Source: Candidatus Babeliales bacterium (lineage in GTDB: Bacteria; Babelota; Babeliae; Babelales; JANWKD01). Taken from it: 64,000 nt of DNA. Positions 20,727 through 30,326 of this stretch are shown here, one piece after another. The notes beneath the pieces are model-generated. The model did not search any database and had not been told where the DNA came from. It worked only from the letters and a program-made list of their open reading frames with translations. The stretch covers positions 1,120,001-1,184,000 of the forward strand of contig OY969622.1 in assembly GCA_963701665.1 (NCBI GenBank), read 5' to 3'. A program made the position numbers and the translations under genes. How positions within the stretch are numbered: position 1 is the first letter of the stretch; the number at the start of each line of letters is the position of its first letter.

Positions 20727-21932
20727 TTATTTGTTAAAAATGTATCGTACTCGAATAAAATAATGCATATAATAATTCATTTTAAATATCTTATTCAGAT
20801 ACATCCCTTCTAAAAATTGCAGAGTATAAAAAAGACCAAAGACAAAAGCACAACAAATGAAACTAAGCGCATATTGTGGTGTTGGTAAGGTTAAAATAGG
20901 TGTAATGCTACTTAAGCCAAAGGTGCACAAAAATGCAATAATAAGATCATAGCGGCGCACTGAATAATAAAATGCAAACAATCCAAAATTTGCAAAAAAC
21001 AGAAGATAAAAAAGTAAAATCCCTAATTTTGAAAAAATAGTCCAAATTACGAAATACAATTGGGTTTTAATGAGCTTGATTACTTCATTTTTTAAGATTC
21101 TTTCATAATCGCTCGTTTGCGAAATCGACACGTCTGGATTAATTTGACGTACTTTATAATCCCCAAATGCGTCGTCCCATCTAATATCGTCTTTATTATT
21201 AAATTTTAAAAAACCGAATCCAATATATACTTGGTGCCAAAAAACATGTTTCGTTTGTAAAGAATCGAACTCTTTGAAATGAGTCTGAGCAAAGTTTCTA
21301 TATAATTTAATTGCATGTTCAAAGTAACAACTTGAAATGAAGATCCCTAAAAAAAGGCATGCTAACAATATGATTTTTTTTATAAATTCCAAATTTGCAT
21401 GCAACACTACCATGCACATAATAAACCCTAGTACGGGCAATGAAGAATATGTTCTCACATAATGAGAAAAGCCAATGATAATTCCTGCGAAAACCAAAAA
21501 ATAATTGAAAAATTTGGAATCGTTATTTCTTAAGGCAAAGTATAAAAATAAAGGGATAATTGATAAAAATGATACCAAGTATTCGTTATACACGTCATAT
21601 AATTGATAAAAAATAAGCCTTAAAAACAAACAAAATGATAGACACGAGACAATTTGTGTTGAGATTTTTGCTTTAAATAGCAATAAAAAACCGATTAAAC
21701 CAAGCACAAAAGCAACACCAATTTGGGAATAAAAAAATATATCGATTGCTTGCTGCAAAGAAACATTAAAAAATTGTACAATTTTAGGCACAAATAAATA
21801 TAAGCCAACATCATCAAACGTTAAAAAAGGTACAAATTTTGACCCATCAAATCCTACAAATGGGATTTGAATTTTTTCCATCGCTGCTACTATCTTTTGT
21901 AAGGTAACAAATCTGCATTCCATTATTAACAT
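20727..21932 (-). CDS. Multi-pass membrane protein, putative GT-C-fold glycosyltransferase
   Basis: ~10 hydrophobic segments; DDVG near N-terminus, HYVR.YS, H.FW...Y.GFGF shared with two paralogs; next to GtrB-like GT2s. Confidence 0.55.
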   Translation of the reverse strand: MLIMECRFVTLQKIVAAMEKIQIPFVGFDGSKFVPFLTFDDVGLYLFVPKIVQFFNVSLQQAIDIFFYSQIGVAFVLGLIGFLLLFKAKISTQIVSCLSFCLFLRLIFYQLYDVYNEYLVSFLSIIPLFLYFALRNNDSKFFNYFLVFAGIIIGFSHYVRTYSSLPVLGFIMCMVVLHANLEFIKKIILLACLFLGIFISSCYFEHAIKLYRNFAQTHFKEFDSLQTKHVFWHQVYIGFGFLKFNNKDDIRWDDAFGDYKVRQINPDVSISQTSDYERILKNEVIKLIKTQLYFVIWTIFSKLGILLFYLLFFANFGLFAFYYSVRRYDLIIAFLCTFGLSSITPILTLPTPQYALSFICCAFVFGLFYTLQFLEGMYLNKIFKMNYYMHYFIRVRYIFNK

Positions 21933-21969
21933 ACTGCTTCCCAAAATTCTTAAAAAATCTTAAATAATA

Positions 21970-23181
21970 TTATTTGAGAGTAATACCACATCTATATCTA
22001 TACGCCAATTTTTTTAACATAGCGCTTATTGGATATAACTCAATTAGCTTTGCTATGTTAATTATGCCAAAAAGAGTACTTGTCACAATAAATGATAAAG
22101 AATAATTGCCTTGAGGTAATGCCATGATAGGAAAAAGAGCGCTAATGGCAAAACAGAATAGCCAAGCTAACTGTTGCCTCCAATATGTTCGGGTAAAAAT
22201 TAAAGCCAAGAATCCTATATTCGCGTATTTGAGAAAATAAAAAAATAAAACGCCTAGTTTAGCAAAAATAGTTGCTATCACAAAAAAACGTTGCGTTTGC
22301 CACATATCAATCACTTCTTGTCTTACTGCTTTTTCAAATTCGGTCATAGTTAGAAATGAAAGTTGTGAATCACGCTTATTCACTTTTTTTTCAACACAAC
22401 TATCTTCAAACGATATATTATCAACGTTAAGATATTTCAAAAAACCAAACCCAGCATATACCGTCGTCCAAAAAGCATGCTTACTCGTAACATCACAATC
22501 CTTAAAATGTTCAGCTGCATATGTTTTGTACCGATAAACCTGATACGAAAAATAGCCGTAAGGCATACTTAAACCCAAGCATAACAAAAGAGCCAATGCA
22601 ACTTTTTGCTTAACAGTACTATGTACGCTAGTCAAAAAGGCAATAAGCATAAAAATTATAACTGATAGTCCTGAATAAGAACGTATATAATGTAAGGAAC
22701 CAAGCACTATACCACTTAGAACCACAAAGTATGGAAAAAGCCGATGAGATTTTTCCTGTAAAAAATAAAGATACAATGGCATGATACTTAATGGCGCTGC
22801 ACTATACGCTAAATAAACGTCTGTTATTGGAATATTGGTTATCGAATATAATAAAAATGCAAGTGATCCAAAACTGATAATACGTATTTTCCAAGAATTA
22901 TAGAGCAAAAAAAAGGCATATGAGGCAATTAAAAAAGGAATATACAATAACCCATAAAAAAATATATCGATTCCTTGTTGCAACGAAATGTTCAGCAATT
23001 TTACAATTTTTGGAATAAAAATATAAATTCCTATATCGTCAAAACAGCCTGTCCATGATCCTGCTGTTCCGGACATGGGTAAAAATGAGGCACCATCAAA
23101 ACCGATGAATGGTACATTAATTTTGTCACATGCGTTAAGTAAATATTCAAGAACCAAATAACGAGAATCTAATATCTTCAT
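21970..23181 (-). CDS. Multi-pass membrane protein, putative GT-C-fold glycosyltransferase (paralog 2)
   Basis: FDDIG, HYIRSYS, HAFWTTVYAGFGF, FAKLGVL. Confidence 0.55.
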   Translation of the reverse strand: MKILDSRYLVLEYLLNACDKINVPFIGFDGASFLPMSGTAGSWTGCFDDIGIYIFIPKIVKLLNISLQQGIDIFFYGLLYIPFLIASYAFFLLYNSWKIRIISFGSLAFLLYSITNIPITDVYLAYSAAPLSIMPLYLYFLQEKSHRLFPYFVVLSGIVLGSLHYIRSYSGLSVIIFMLIAFLTSVHSTVKQKVALALLLCLGLSMPYGYFSYQVYRYKTYAAEHFKDCDVTSKHAFWTTVYAGFGFLKYLNVDNISFEDSCVEKKVNKRDSQLSFLTMTEFEKAVRQEVIDMWQTQRFFVIATIFAKLGVLFFYFLKYANIGFLALIFTRTYWRQQLAWLFCFAISALFPIMALPQGNYSLSFIVTSTLFGIINIAKLIELYPISAMLKKLAYRYRCGITLK

Positions 23182-23334
23182 ATCAATCTTTATTAACCAA
23201 TTTTAATTTTGCGATTACTCTAACATAATTAGCTTTCATGTCTAGGTTAAGATCTTTCAAAATTTTGCTATCATAGATCCTACGAACCGTATTTTGTAGT
23301 AAAGAGGGTTGATAGTTTTCTTAAAAAAGAAAAC

Positions 23335-24294
23335 TTGAAGAAGCAGATGCAAAAAAAATTAGCCATCCAAAAAAAGATTTCAGTTATTTTGCCGGTATAC
23401 AACGAGAGTAAAAACCTGCCAACGGTTTACCACGCGTTAGAGGAATCTATGCACTCGTTGCTCGGTGCCTATGATTATGAAATTATATTTGTTAATGATG
23501 GCAGCCTTGATGAATCATGGTCGATCATCACATTGTTATCAGCGCAAAACTCAAAAATTAAAGGTATCAATTTCAGTCGCAATTTTGGCTATCAAAGGGC
23601 ATTAACAGCAGGCTATGATGCAGCAGTTGGCGATGCAATTATCACCATGGATTCTGATATGCAGCATCCGCCGCATTTATTACCGATGTTAATAGCAAAA
23701 TGGGAATCGGGTGCTAATATTGTATATGCAAAAAGAACCAATCGAGAAGATACCTTCTTAAAGAAAATGACTGCTCATTTTTACTACCAAATATTAGAAG
23801 CAATCTCTGATATTCATATTCCTCAAAATGTTAATGATTTTCGGCTCATAGATCGACGCGTATTAGTTTATATTAAATCAATGACAGAACACTCGCGTTA
23901 TTTACGTGGCATGATAGCATGGGCAGGCTTTGATTATGCGATAGTCGATTTTAATCAGCCCACTCGATTATCAGGAACAACAAAATATACCTGGAAAAAA
24001 TTATTTAAAATTGCTTTTGATGGTATTGCTAATTTTTCACTTTTCCCTTTAAAGCTTGCATGCTTCTTTTTCATACTTGTAGTCATATCAGGATTTAGTA
24101 TAGCAATGGGTATCGCTGTTCACTATGTATCGCATACTCATCGGTTTCAAATCATTGATTTGATGTATTTTTTGCTATATCTCACCTTCGGTTTACAATT
24201 TTTACTGTTATGGCTTTTGGGAAGAAATATTGGCATAATTTACGATCAACTCAAAGAGCGTCCCTTGTACATCATTAGAAAAAAAATCAACTGA
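23335..24294 (+). CDS. GtrB/ArnC-like polyprenol-phosphate glycosyltransferase (GT2)
   Basis: VILPVYNE, FVNDGS.D, FSRNFG, MDSDMQHPP, DFRLIDR, two C-terminal TMs, RPLY. Confidence 0.9.
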   Translation: MKKQMQKKLAIQKKISVILPVYNESKNLPTVYHALEESMHSLLGAYDYEIIFVNDGSLDESWSIITLLSAQNSKIKGINFSRNFGYQRALTAGYDAAVGDAIITMDSDMQHPPHLLPMLIAKWESGANIVYAKRTNREDTFLKKMTAHFYYQILEAISDIHIPQNVNDFRLIDRRVLVYIKSMTEHSRYLRGMIAWAGFDYAIVDFNQPTRLSGTTKYTWKKLFKIAFDGIANFSLFPLKLACFFFILVVISGFSIAMGIAVHYVSHTHRFQIIDLMYFLLYLTFGLQFLLLWLLGRNIGIIYDQLKERPLYIIRKKIN

Positions 24295-24316
24295 TTCCTT
24301 CTATTCAAACAATTGT

Positions 24317-25543
24317 TCAAATTCTTAATAATTTAAAATTAGCGATAGTATTAATACAATTTCTCATGGTATAAGCTATATTTTTTTCATACCTAGATAA
24401 GAAATGATTAATACTTATAATACAATAAAGAGTACTAAAACTAATAAATGAAAATGAGAAAAGGCGAATAGGTAATGCAATCAATGGAAAAAGTGTACTT
24501 AATGCAAAACCTATGAAAAATGATAGTTCAACTCGCCAAGGCTTTGGGTAAAAAAACGCAATTAGTAAGCCAAAATTCGCCGTAATTAATAAATAAAACA
24601 ATAAAACACCTAATTTGGCAAATAACGTCATTAAAACAAACGTCTTTTGATGCCTGCACAAATCTATAACTTTCTTTTTGACGATTTTTTCATATTCATT
24701 TATTTGAAAATAAGGTATAGACGGAAAATCTTTGTTAACAGCCCTTTCAACACAGCCATCATCATATTCAATATTATCCTTATTTAACCACTTAATAAAA
24801 CCAAAACCTGCATATATAGTATGCCAAAATGGATGTTGGGTTGGTAAACCATTAGAAGTATCAAAATGAACTACTGCATAGCTTCTATATTCTTTGATTA
24901 CGGTATCAAAATACATCTTTGAAACCATAAGCCCACTGACGAGTAATACTATAAGATATAGTTTTCTTTTATAATCAAAATCAGCATGCACCAAAAGATA
25001 GCACATTATAAAACCAAGAACAGGCAAACTAGAATATGAGCGGACGTAATGTAACATTCCAAGAAATACCCCTGAAAGAAAAAGAAAAGACATTAAAATT
25101 CTAAGGTTTTTTTTCTCTTGGCTGAAATATAAAAAAAGAGGAATAACCGCAAGGATTGCTGCACAATACGCTATATAAACATCCGATGCATAAACACAAA
25201 TTTTTAAAAATAAAATTAATGCCAAAATTGTTACACATCTTTGAAGCATAGTTTTATAGAGTAAAAATAATCCCCCAGCACCTAATGCTAGTGAACCATA
25301 AAAAAGTCCGTTAAAAAAAATATTAATGCCAAGATCAACCGATATGCCAAAAAATTTAATCAATTTGGGTATCAATACAAATATGCCAATATCATCAAAG
25401 CTCCCTGTCCATGATGCTAGAGTTCCTGTAAAAGGGATAATGTTAGTGCCATCATAACAAACCAATGGAACATCTATCTTAAATGTATTATAGGCATTCA
25501 TTATATAGTTAAGGGCTAAATATCGAGAAGGAAGAATGTTCAT
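24317..25543 (-). CDS. Multi-pass membrane protein, putative GT-C-fold glycosyltransferase (paralog 3)
   Basis: FDDIG, HYVRSYS, HPFWHTIYAGFGF, FAKLGVL; ATG at 25543 aligns with paralog starts. Confidence 0.55.
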   Translation of the reverse strand: MNILPSRYLALNYIMNAYNTFKIDVPLVCYDGTNIIPFTGTLASWTGSFDDIGIFVLIPKLIKFFGISVDLGINIFFNGLFYGSLALGAGGLFLLYKTMLQRCVTILALILFLKICVYASDVYIAYCAAILAVIPLFLYFSQEKKNLRILMSFLFLSGVFLGMLHYVRSYSSLPVLGFIMCYLLVHADFDYKRKLYLIVLLVSGLMVSKMYFDTVIKEYRSYAVVHFDTSNGLPTQHPFWHTIYAGFGFIKWLNKDNIEYDDGCVERAVNKDFPSIPYFQINEYEKIVKKKVIDLCRHQKTFVLMTLFAKLGVLLFYLLITANFGLLIAFFYPKPWRVELSFFIGFALSTLFPLIALPIRLFSFSFISFSTLYCIISINHFLSRYEKNIAYTMRNCINTIANFKLLRI

Positions 25544-25574
25544 TAATCTAACCTTATTGTCAAAAAAGAGTGTC

Positions 25575-26282
25575 TTATTTGTTACCATTTAATTGTGCTA
25601 TGACAGCATACAGAGCTCCCACAGGAATTTTTGTCATGAAACGCTCAGTCCATCTTAGGTATTTGAATACGCGTGGATAAAAACAATAATATTTTGTAGT
25701 TAATGTCGCGTGCGGTAAAAACTCACCCATGATTGCGCGTGCATAGCTTGGATATAACATTGTTGCATGTTTATCAATTGGGTTATTTTTAAATGTTCGT
25801 ACCGTTAACGGATTAAAAGGATTCAATTCAAATAAAACGAAACACCCTTGAGGTTTTAAAACACGAAAAATTTCTTGCAGATATCCTTGATGACGATCGA
25901 AAGGAATATGATGAAAAGTTCCTGCTGAAAAAATAATATCAAAAGTATTATCTTCGAAGTCTAAATCAGACGTTTCATCGTAATTAACGGAAAATTTAAT
26001 CGAAGTAAAATGTTCTTGCGCAACCTTCACACTTTCGGCAGATGGATCGATACCATATAAAACCGATAATGGAAAATATTGTGAAACTAGATAGGTCATG
26101 AGACCATCGCCACAACCAAAATCTAAAATTTTTTGATTTTGTAGGCTTCTTGCCGGCATCCATTCTTTTAACTTTAATGCTTTATATTCTGCGAAGTATT
26201 CACTTGATTCCCCGGACAATGATAATGATTGATCAAGATTTTTACGATAATTTTTAATATAAGCATCGAATTCAGAATTCAT
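25575..26282 (-). CDS. Class I SAM-dependent methyltransferase
   Basis: EFDAY, ILDFGCGDG, FHHIP, FELNPFNP; ATG 26282 after AGGTG. Confidence 0.88.
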   Translation of the reverse strand: MNSEFDAYIKNYRKNLDQSLSLSGESSEYFAEYKALKLKEWMPARSLQNQKILDFGCGDGLMTYLVSQYFPLSVLYGIDPSAESVKVAQEHFTSIKFSVNYDETSDLDFEDNTFDIIFSAGTFHHIPFDRHQGYLQEIFRVLKPQGCFVLFELNPFNPLTVRTFKNNPIDKHATMLYPSYARAIMGEFLPHATLTTKYYCFYPRVFKYLRWTERFMTKIPVGALYAVIAQLNGNK

Positions 26283-26380
26283 AGGCACCTTTTTCAATTT
26301 CTTATAAGTCACTTAAAGTCTTTGTAATTTTTGCTATCATTAATGTCATTAACCCTACATTTTGTAAAGGTGCCAGAGTA

Positions 26381-27418
26381 ATGAAAAAGAAATTATCGAT
26401 CATCGTACCCATTTACAATGAAGAAGAAAACATAGCAGTACTTTATAAAACGGTGACCAATATTCTTCAACAGCTTTCTTCTTCCTATGAATATGAACTT
26501 ATCCTGGTTAATGACGGTAGCAAGGATACCTCTTGGTCAATCATCGCAGACTTAGCACAAACAGATACCCATGTTAGAGCCTTAGATTTTAGCAGAAATT
26601 TTGGCCATCAAATGGCACTCACTGCAGGGTATGATTATGCTTCAGGTGATGCAATAATAACTATGGATGCCGATTTACAAGATCCACCACACCTTCTTTT
26701 TGATATGATTAACGCGTGGGAAAAAGGTTTTTCTATCGTATACGCGCGTAGAGCGAATCGCATAGATAGTTTTCTTAAAAAAATAACTGCTCTGCTTTAT
26801 TATAAATTCTTAGATTCTATATCAGATGTTAAAATCCCTCGCAACGTAGGAGATTTTAGATTAATAGATAGAAAAGTCTTAGTAACATTAAAAGAATGTC
26901 GTGAAAAAGCGCGTTATTTGCGCGGCATGGTTGCATGGACCGGATTCAAGCACACGTTCATTGATTTCGATCGCCCTAATCGCCTCGCGGGCCAGACTGG
27001 CTACACATGGAAAAAAATGTTCAAACTTGCATTCGATGGTTTAACGGGTTTCTCGCTGTTTCCTTTAAAACTCGCTGCCTATGCAGGATTATTTGTCATA
27101 ACAACAGGTAGCATGATGTTCACCTACATTAGTATTGATGCTTTACTATTCAATACCTACTATCCTCTTTTTAAATGGCTAACGACCATTATTTACATTT
27201 TCATGGGCATACAATTTTTACTGCTATGGCTCCTTGGTGAATATATTGGTCGCATCCATGAACAACAAAAAAATCGGCCTCTTTATATCGTTGATGAAAC
27301 AGTAAATGTAACTATGTACGTACCAGCACGGAATACAACGATCCAAGATGAAGAAATTCCATATACTGCCGTATCAATGAAAAATACGGAGAAAGATAAT
27401 AATACTTCACCTTCGTAG
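26381..27418 (+). CDS. GtrB/ArnC-like polyprenol-phosphate glycosyltransferase (GT2)
   Basis: IIVPIYNEE, VNDGSKD, FSRNFGHQ, MDADLQDPP, GDFRLIDR, LGEYIGRI, RPLYIV. Confidence 0.92.
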   Translation: MKKKLSIIVPIYNEEENIAVLYKTVTNILQQLSSSYEYELILVNDGSKDTSWSIIADLAQTDTHVRALDFSRNFGHQMALTAGYDYASGDAIITMDADLQDPPHLLFDMINAWEKGFSIVYARRANRIDSFLKKITALLYYKFLDSISDVKIPRNVGDFRLIDRKVLVTLKECREKARYLRGMVAWTGFKHTFIDFDRPNRLAGQTGYTWKKMFKLAFDGLTGFSLFPLKLAAYAGLFVITTGSMMFTYISIDALLFNTYYPLFKWLTTIIYIFMGIQFLLLWLLGEYIGRIHEQQKNRPLYIVDETVNVTMYVPARNTTIQDEEIPYTAVSMKNTEKDNNTSPS

Positions 27419-27935
27419 AACGTGCAGCATTATCAAATAATGCAATAATCTCTTTTGGTGACACCATGCGACTATTTTGTTCGGCATGATCTTTTTTAAA
27501 TTGACAGCGAGTGCCTCTATTATAGGGATTAAATTCAACAATAATTATTCTTCCATGAGTATTCAGAACCCGTAAAATTTCTTTACTATACAAAGAATAT
27601 TCTGTCGTTGGTATATGATGAAAAACATTCACGGCATATACAACGTCAAATGTATTATTTTCAAAAGGTAACGTGTAGGCATCTAACACTGAGAAATGTA
27701 TAGTTTTATAATCTTGAGAAGCTTGATCAATACTATTTTTATCTTTATCAACACCATAAAGTAACGCCTTGAAAAACGCATTTTGAACAAAGTTAGTCAA
27801 TTGACCATCACCACATCCGAAATCCAAAATAGTAGATTTTTTATTAATTAAATCTGGAATCAATTTTGTGATCTCTTCACAAACAAAGGCATCAAATTCT
27901 ATCTTCGATGCCTTATCAAGATCAAATAATTTCAT
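27312..27935 (-). CDS. Class I SAM-dependent methyltransferase (paralog of 25575 and 28011)
   Basis: EFDAF, ILDFGCGDG, LPFENNTFD, FHHIP, EFNPYN; ATG 27935 after AAGGTGAG. Confidence 0.82.
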   Translation of the reverse strand: MKLFDLDKASKIEFDAFVCEEITKLIPDLINKKSTILDFGCGDGQLTNFVQNAFFKALLYGVDKDKNSIDQASQDYKTIHFSVLDAYTLPFENNTFDVVYAVNVFHHIPTTEYSLYSKEILRVLNTHGRIIIVEFNPYNRGTRCQFKKDHAEQNSRMVSPKEIIALFDNAARSTKVKYYYLSPYFSLIRQYMEFLHLGSLYSVLVRT

Positions 27936-28010
27936 AAAGCTCACCTTGAAAAAAAATAAAAGAAAACTACCTTTAAGTGTATGGTGAAAAAGTAAAAAAG
28001 AGGAAAAATC

Positions 28011-28712
28011 ATGAAAGCAGAATTTGATCGCTATATTAAAGATTTTCGCAAAAATCACGATAGAGAGATGAGCCTCGTCGGCGAATCAAGTGCTTTGATG
28101 GCTGAATTCAAAGTCATCAAACTCAAAGAATGGATCCCTCATCACATGCATAATGCAAAAAAAGTGTTTGATTTCGGCTGTGGTGATGGGCTCATGACAG
28201 CATTTATGAAGCAGTATTTTCCTAAAGCTGAAATGCTTGGCGTAGATCCTTCGAGCGCAAGCATAAAAATCGCACAAGAAACATATCCTGAGATTCATTT
28301 TTCTGTTAATTACGTTGAAAAATGTGATTTGGAATTTGAAAATAGTAGTTTCGATGTCAGCATCGCGGCGGGAGCTTTTCACCATATACCTTTTAAGAAC
28401 CATGACGGCTATATGAAAGAGATTTTTCGCACCTTGAAACCAAATGGCACCTTTGTACTCTTTGAATTGAATCCTTATAATCCTGGCACACAATTTATTT
28501 TTCGCCGAAGTCCCGTTGAAGTAAACGCCAAAATGTTAACACCTCGTTATGCAACAAATTTATTAAAGAAATATTGTAATGCTAACGATAAAATTACCCG
28601 CAAATATTATTTCTTTTTTCCTCATTTCTTGCGATTTCTAAGACCTCTGGAAAAATACCTTGCTTCATGTTTTCTTGGCGGTCTTTATGCCATCATTGTT
28701 GAAAGAAAATAA
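28011..28712 (+). CDS. Class I SAM-dependent methyltransferase
   Basis: EFDRY, FDFGCGDG, FHHIP, FELNPYNP; RBS GAGGA. Confidence 0.88.
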   Translation: MKAEFDRYIKDFRKNHDREMSLVGESSALMAEFKVIKLKEWIPHHMHNAKKVFDFGCGDGLMTAFMKQYFPKAEMLGVDPSSASIKIAQETYPEIHFSVNYVEKCDLEFENSSFDVSIAAGAFHHIPFKNHDGYMKEIFRTLKPNGTFVLFELNPYNPGTQFIFRRSPVEVNAKMLTPRYATNLLKKYCNANDKITRKYYFFFPHFLRFLRPLEKYLASCFLGGLYAIIVERK

Positions 28713-28724
28713 TTCGTACGTGAG

Positions 28725-29447
28725 TTAGTTATTCGATGCGCCAAATACCTTTTGAGCCAATTCTTTTCTAACAAAAAGAACATCACCAAAAGTAATGTGA
28801 TGCGTTACTTGATAGAGAGCTACAAATCCTTGATCTTCCATCCATTTTCTGAATTCATCACAATGAAGCGCATCTTTATAGAGATAGGTATAACTAACTT
28901 CAGCATAAACCGCTTTTACGGTACTCAACATTTTGGGTGAACTTTTCAGAACTTTTGCTTCCATACCCTGCAAATCAAACCAGAGTAAATCGATATGATC
29001 TATATTCATTTCTTCTGCCCAAGCATCAAGCGTGGTTGTTTCAACAATGATCTTGTTCTCAAAAGTGATATGAGGAAAATAATAACCCAAAAACTCATGG
29101 GGTTCTAACAATGAACTTGATTGATCTCCACCGCCACCACTAACATACATTAATGCGTGGCCAACTTTATCACTGAGCGCTTTTTGAAAGCAATGTATAT
29201 TTTTTTTAGTACACGTATTTACATTCAGTTGTTTAAAAATGTCGGGGACTGGTTCAAAAGCAAAAATAGTCGCTTCTGGCCATACATTAATCATCTCACA
29301 TGAATCTAGACCATTATATGCGCCAGCATCGACGATTATTGGGTTTTGCGGCAAAAAAGGGATAATTAAATCTTTAGGTAAATTTTCCGCATGTATACCT
29401 GCTGCATGAAACATTATTACAGAAAAAATAAACAATAGCTTTTTCAC
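28725..29447 (-). CDS. FkbM-family methyltransferase with signal peptide
   Basis: IVDAGAYNG, AFEPVP, TTLD, IDLLWFDLQG.E, EVS, GDVLFVR; leader ending IHA. Confidence 0.88.
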   Translation of the reverse strand: MKKLLFIFSVIMFHAAGIHAENLPKDLIIPFLPQNPIIVDAGAYNGLDSCEMINVWPEATIFAFEPVPDIFKQLNVNTCTKKNIHCFQKALSDKVGHALMYVSGGGGDQSSSLLEPHEFLGYYFPHITFENKIIVETTTLDAWAEEMNIDHIDLLWFDLQGMEAKVLKSSPKMLSTVKAVYAEVSYTYLYKDALHCDEFRKWMEDQGFVALYQVTHHITFGDVLFVRKELAQKVFGASNN

Positions 29448-29498
29448 TGTTTTCCTTTTTATTTTGGATGAGTTTGTGCCTATAATGGAAAATTTTTT

Positions 29499-30236
29499 TC
29501 AATAAATCAATGCAACCACGGTCATTTGCCGCTCGGCATTTTTTGATCTGCGAAATGAACAAAACGAGGGCATACATAAGGTGCACGCGTTATAAGCAAC
29601 ATTGCACGCGTTCTTTTTGATGCCGAGTACCTCAAGTTGCAAACGATTTAATGCAGCGACATCAAGCATCAAACGAGTGTCACGCTGTTGTATAACCTCG
29701 TCCTTAAAAGGAAATTTCTCAAAATGAGGCAGAATATCTTCTTTAATCTCATAACAACATGCTTTGCCCGAAGGGCCGAAGAAGAACTGTAACTGATCAA
29801 GTTTTGAACCAAAATTATTACACATCGCTTCAACAGCGCGTACAACTATTTCTTGTGCGCTGCCTCGCCAACCTGCATGCACATTAGCAATGACTTTGTT
29901 TGCTTCATCATAAATAACAATCGGCAAGCAATCTGCTGTTGCAATACCCAATCCAATATGCGGGAGTGCCGTAATCAAAAAATCTCCATCACTAAAAAAT
30001 AGATTTTCATGTTTTATTTGATCAGATGAAGAGACGACAACACCATGATTGCCATGCACTTGATGCAAAAATGTTACGTGCTCAAGCTGCATCATATGTT
30101 TAAGTTCATTAAAAGGCTCGTTACTCAAAATATTTTGTCTAACGCTTTGTTGTGCAACTTCATCAGGAATAAACTTCGTCCGGGCATTACCAAAATAAAT
30201 AGTAAAAGAAGAATTTTTATACAACATTTGTTTCAT
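29499..30236 (-). CDS. pgeF: YfiH/PgeF family (peptidoglycan editing factor / purine nucleoside phosphorylase)
   Basis: HQVHG, DGD, TADCLP, HAGWRG, GPS...CCYE, CT...F.SFRR. Confidence 0.92.
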   Translation of the reverse strand: MKQMLYKNSSFTIYFGNARTKFIPDEVAQQSVRQNILSNEPFNELKHMMQLEHVTFLHQVHGNHGVVVSSSDQIKHENLFFSDGDFLITALPHIGLGIATADCLPIVIYDEANKVIANVHAGWRGSAQEIVVRAVEAMCNNFGSKLDQLQFFFGPSGKACCYEIKEDILPHFEKFPFKDEVIQQRDTRLMLDVAALNRLQLEVLGIKKNACNVAYNACTLCMPSFCSFRRSKNAERQMTVVALIY

Positions 30237-30326
30237 TTTTTTGTGCGCTTAAAACCAACTAATCTTGCATTTGAACAAAGCAGCAGCATACACTTAGAAT
30301 ATCATGGGTTAAAAAAAGGGAAACAT

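Noticed and set aside
30045..30326. N-terminal extension of the membrane protein ORF
   Set aside because: Overlaps pgeF on the opposite strand; ATG 30327 is the more plausible start
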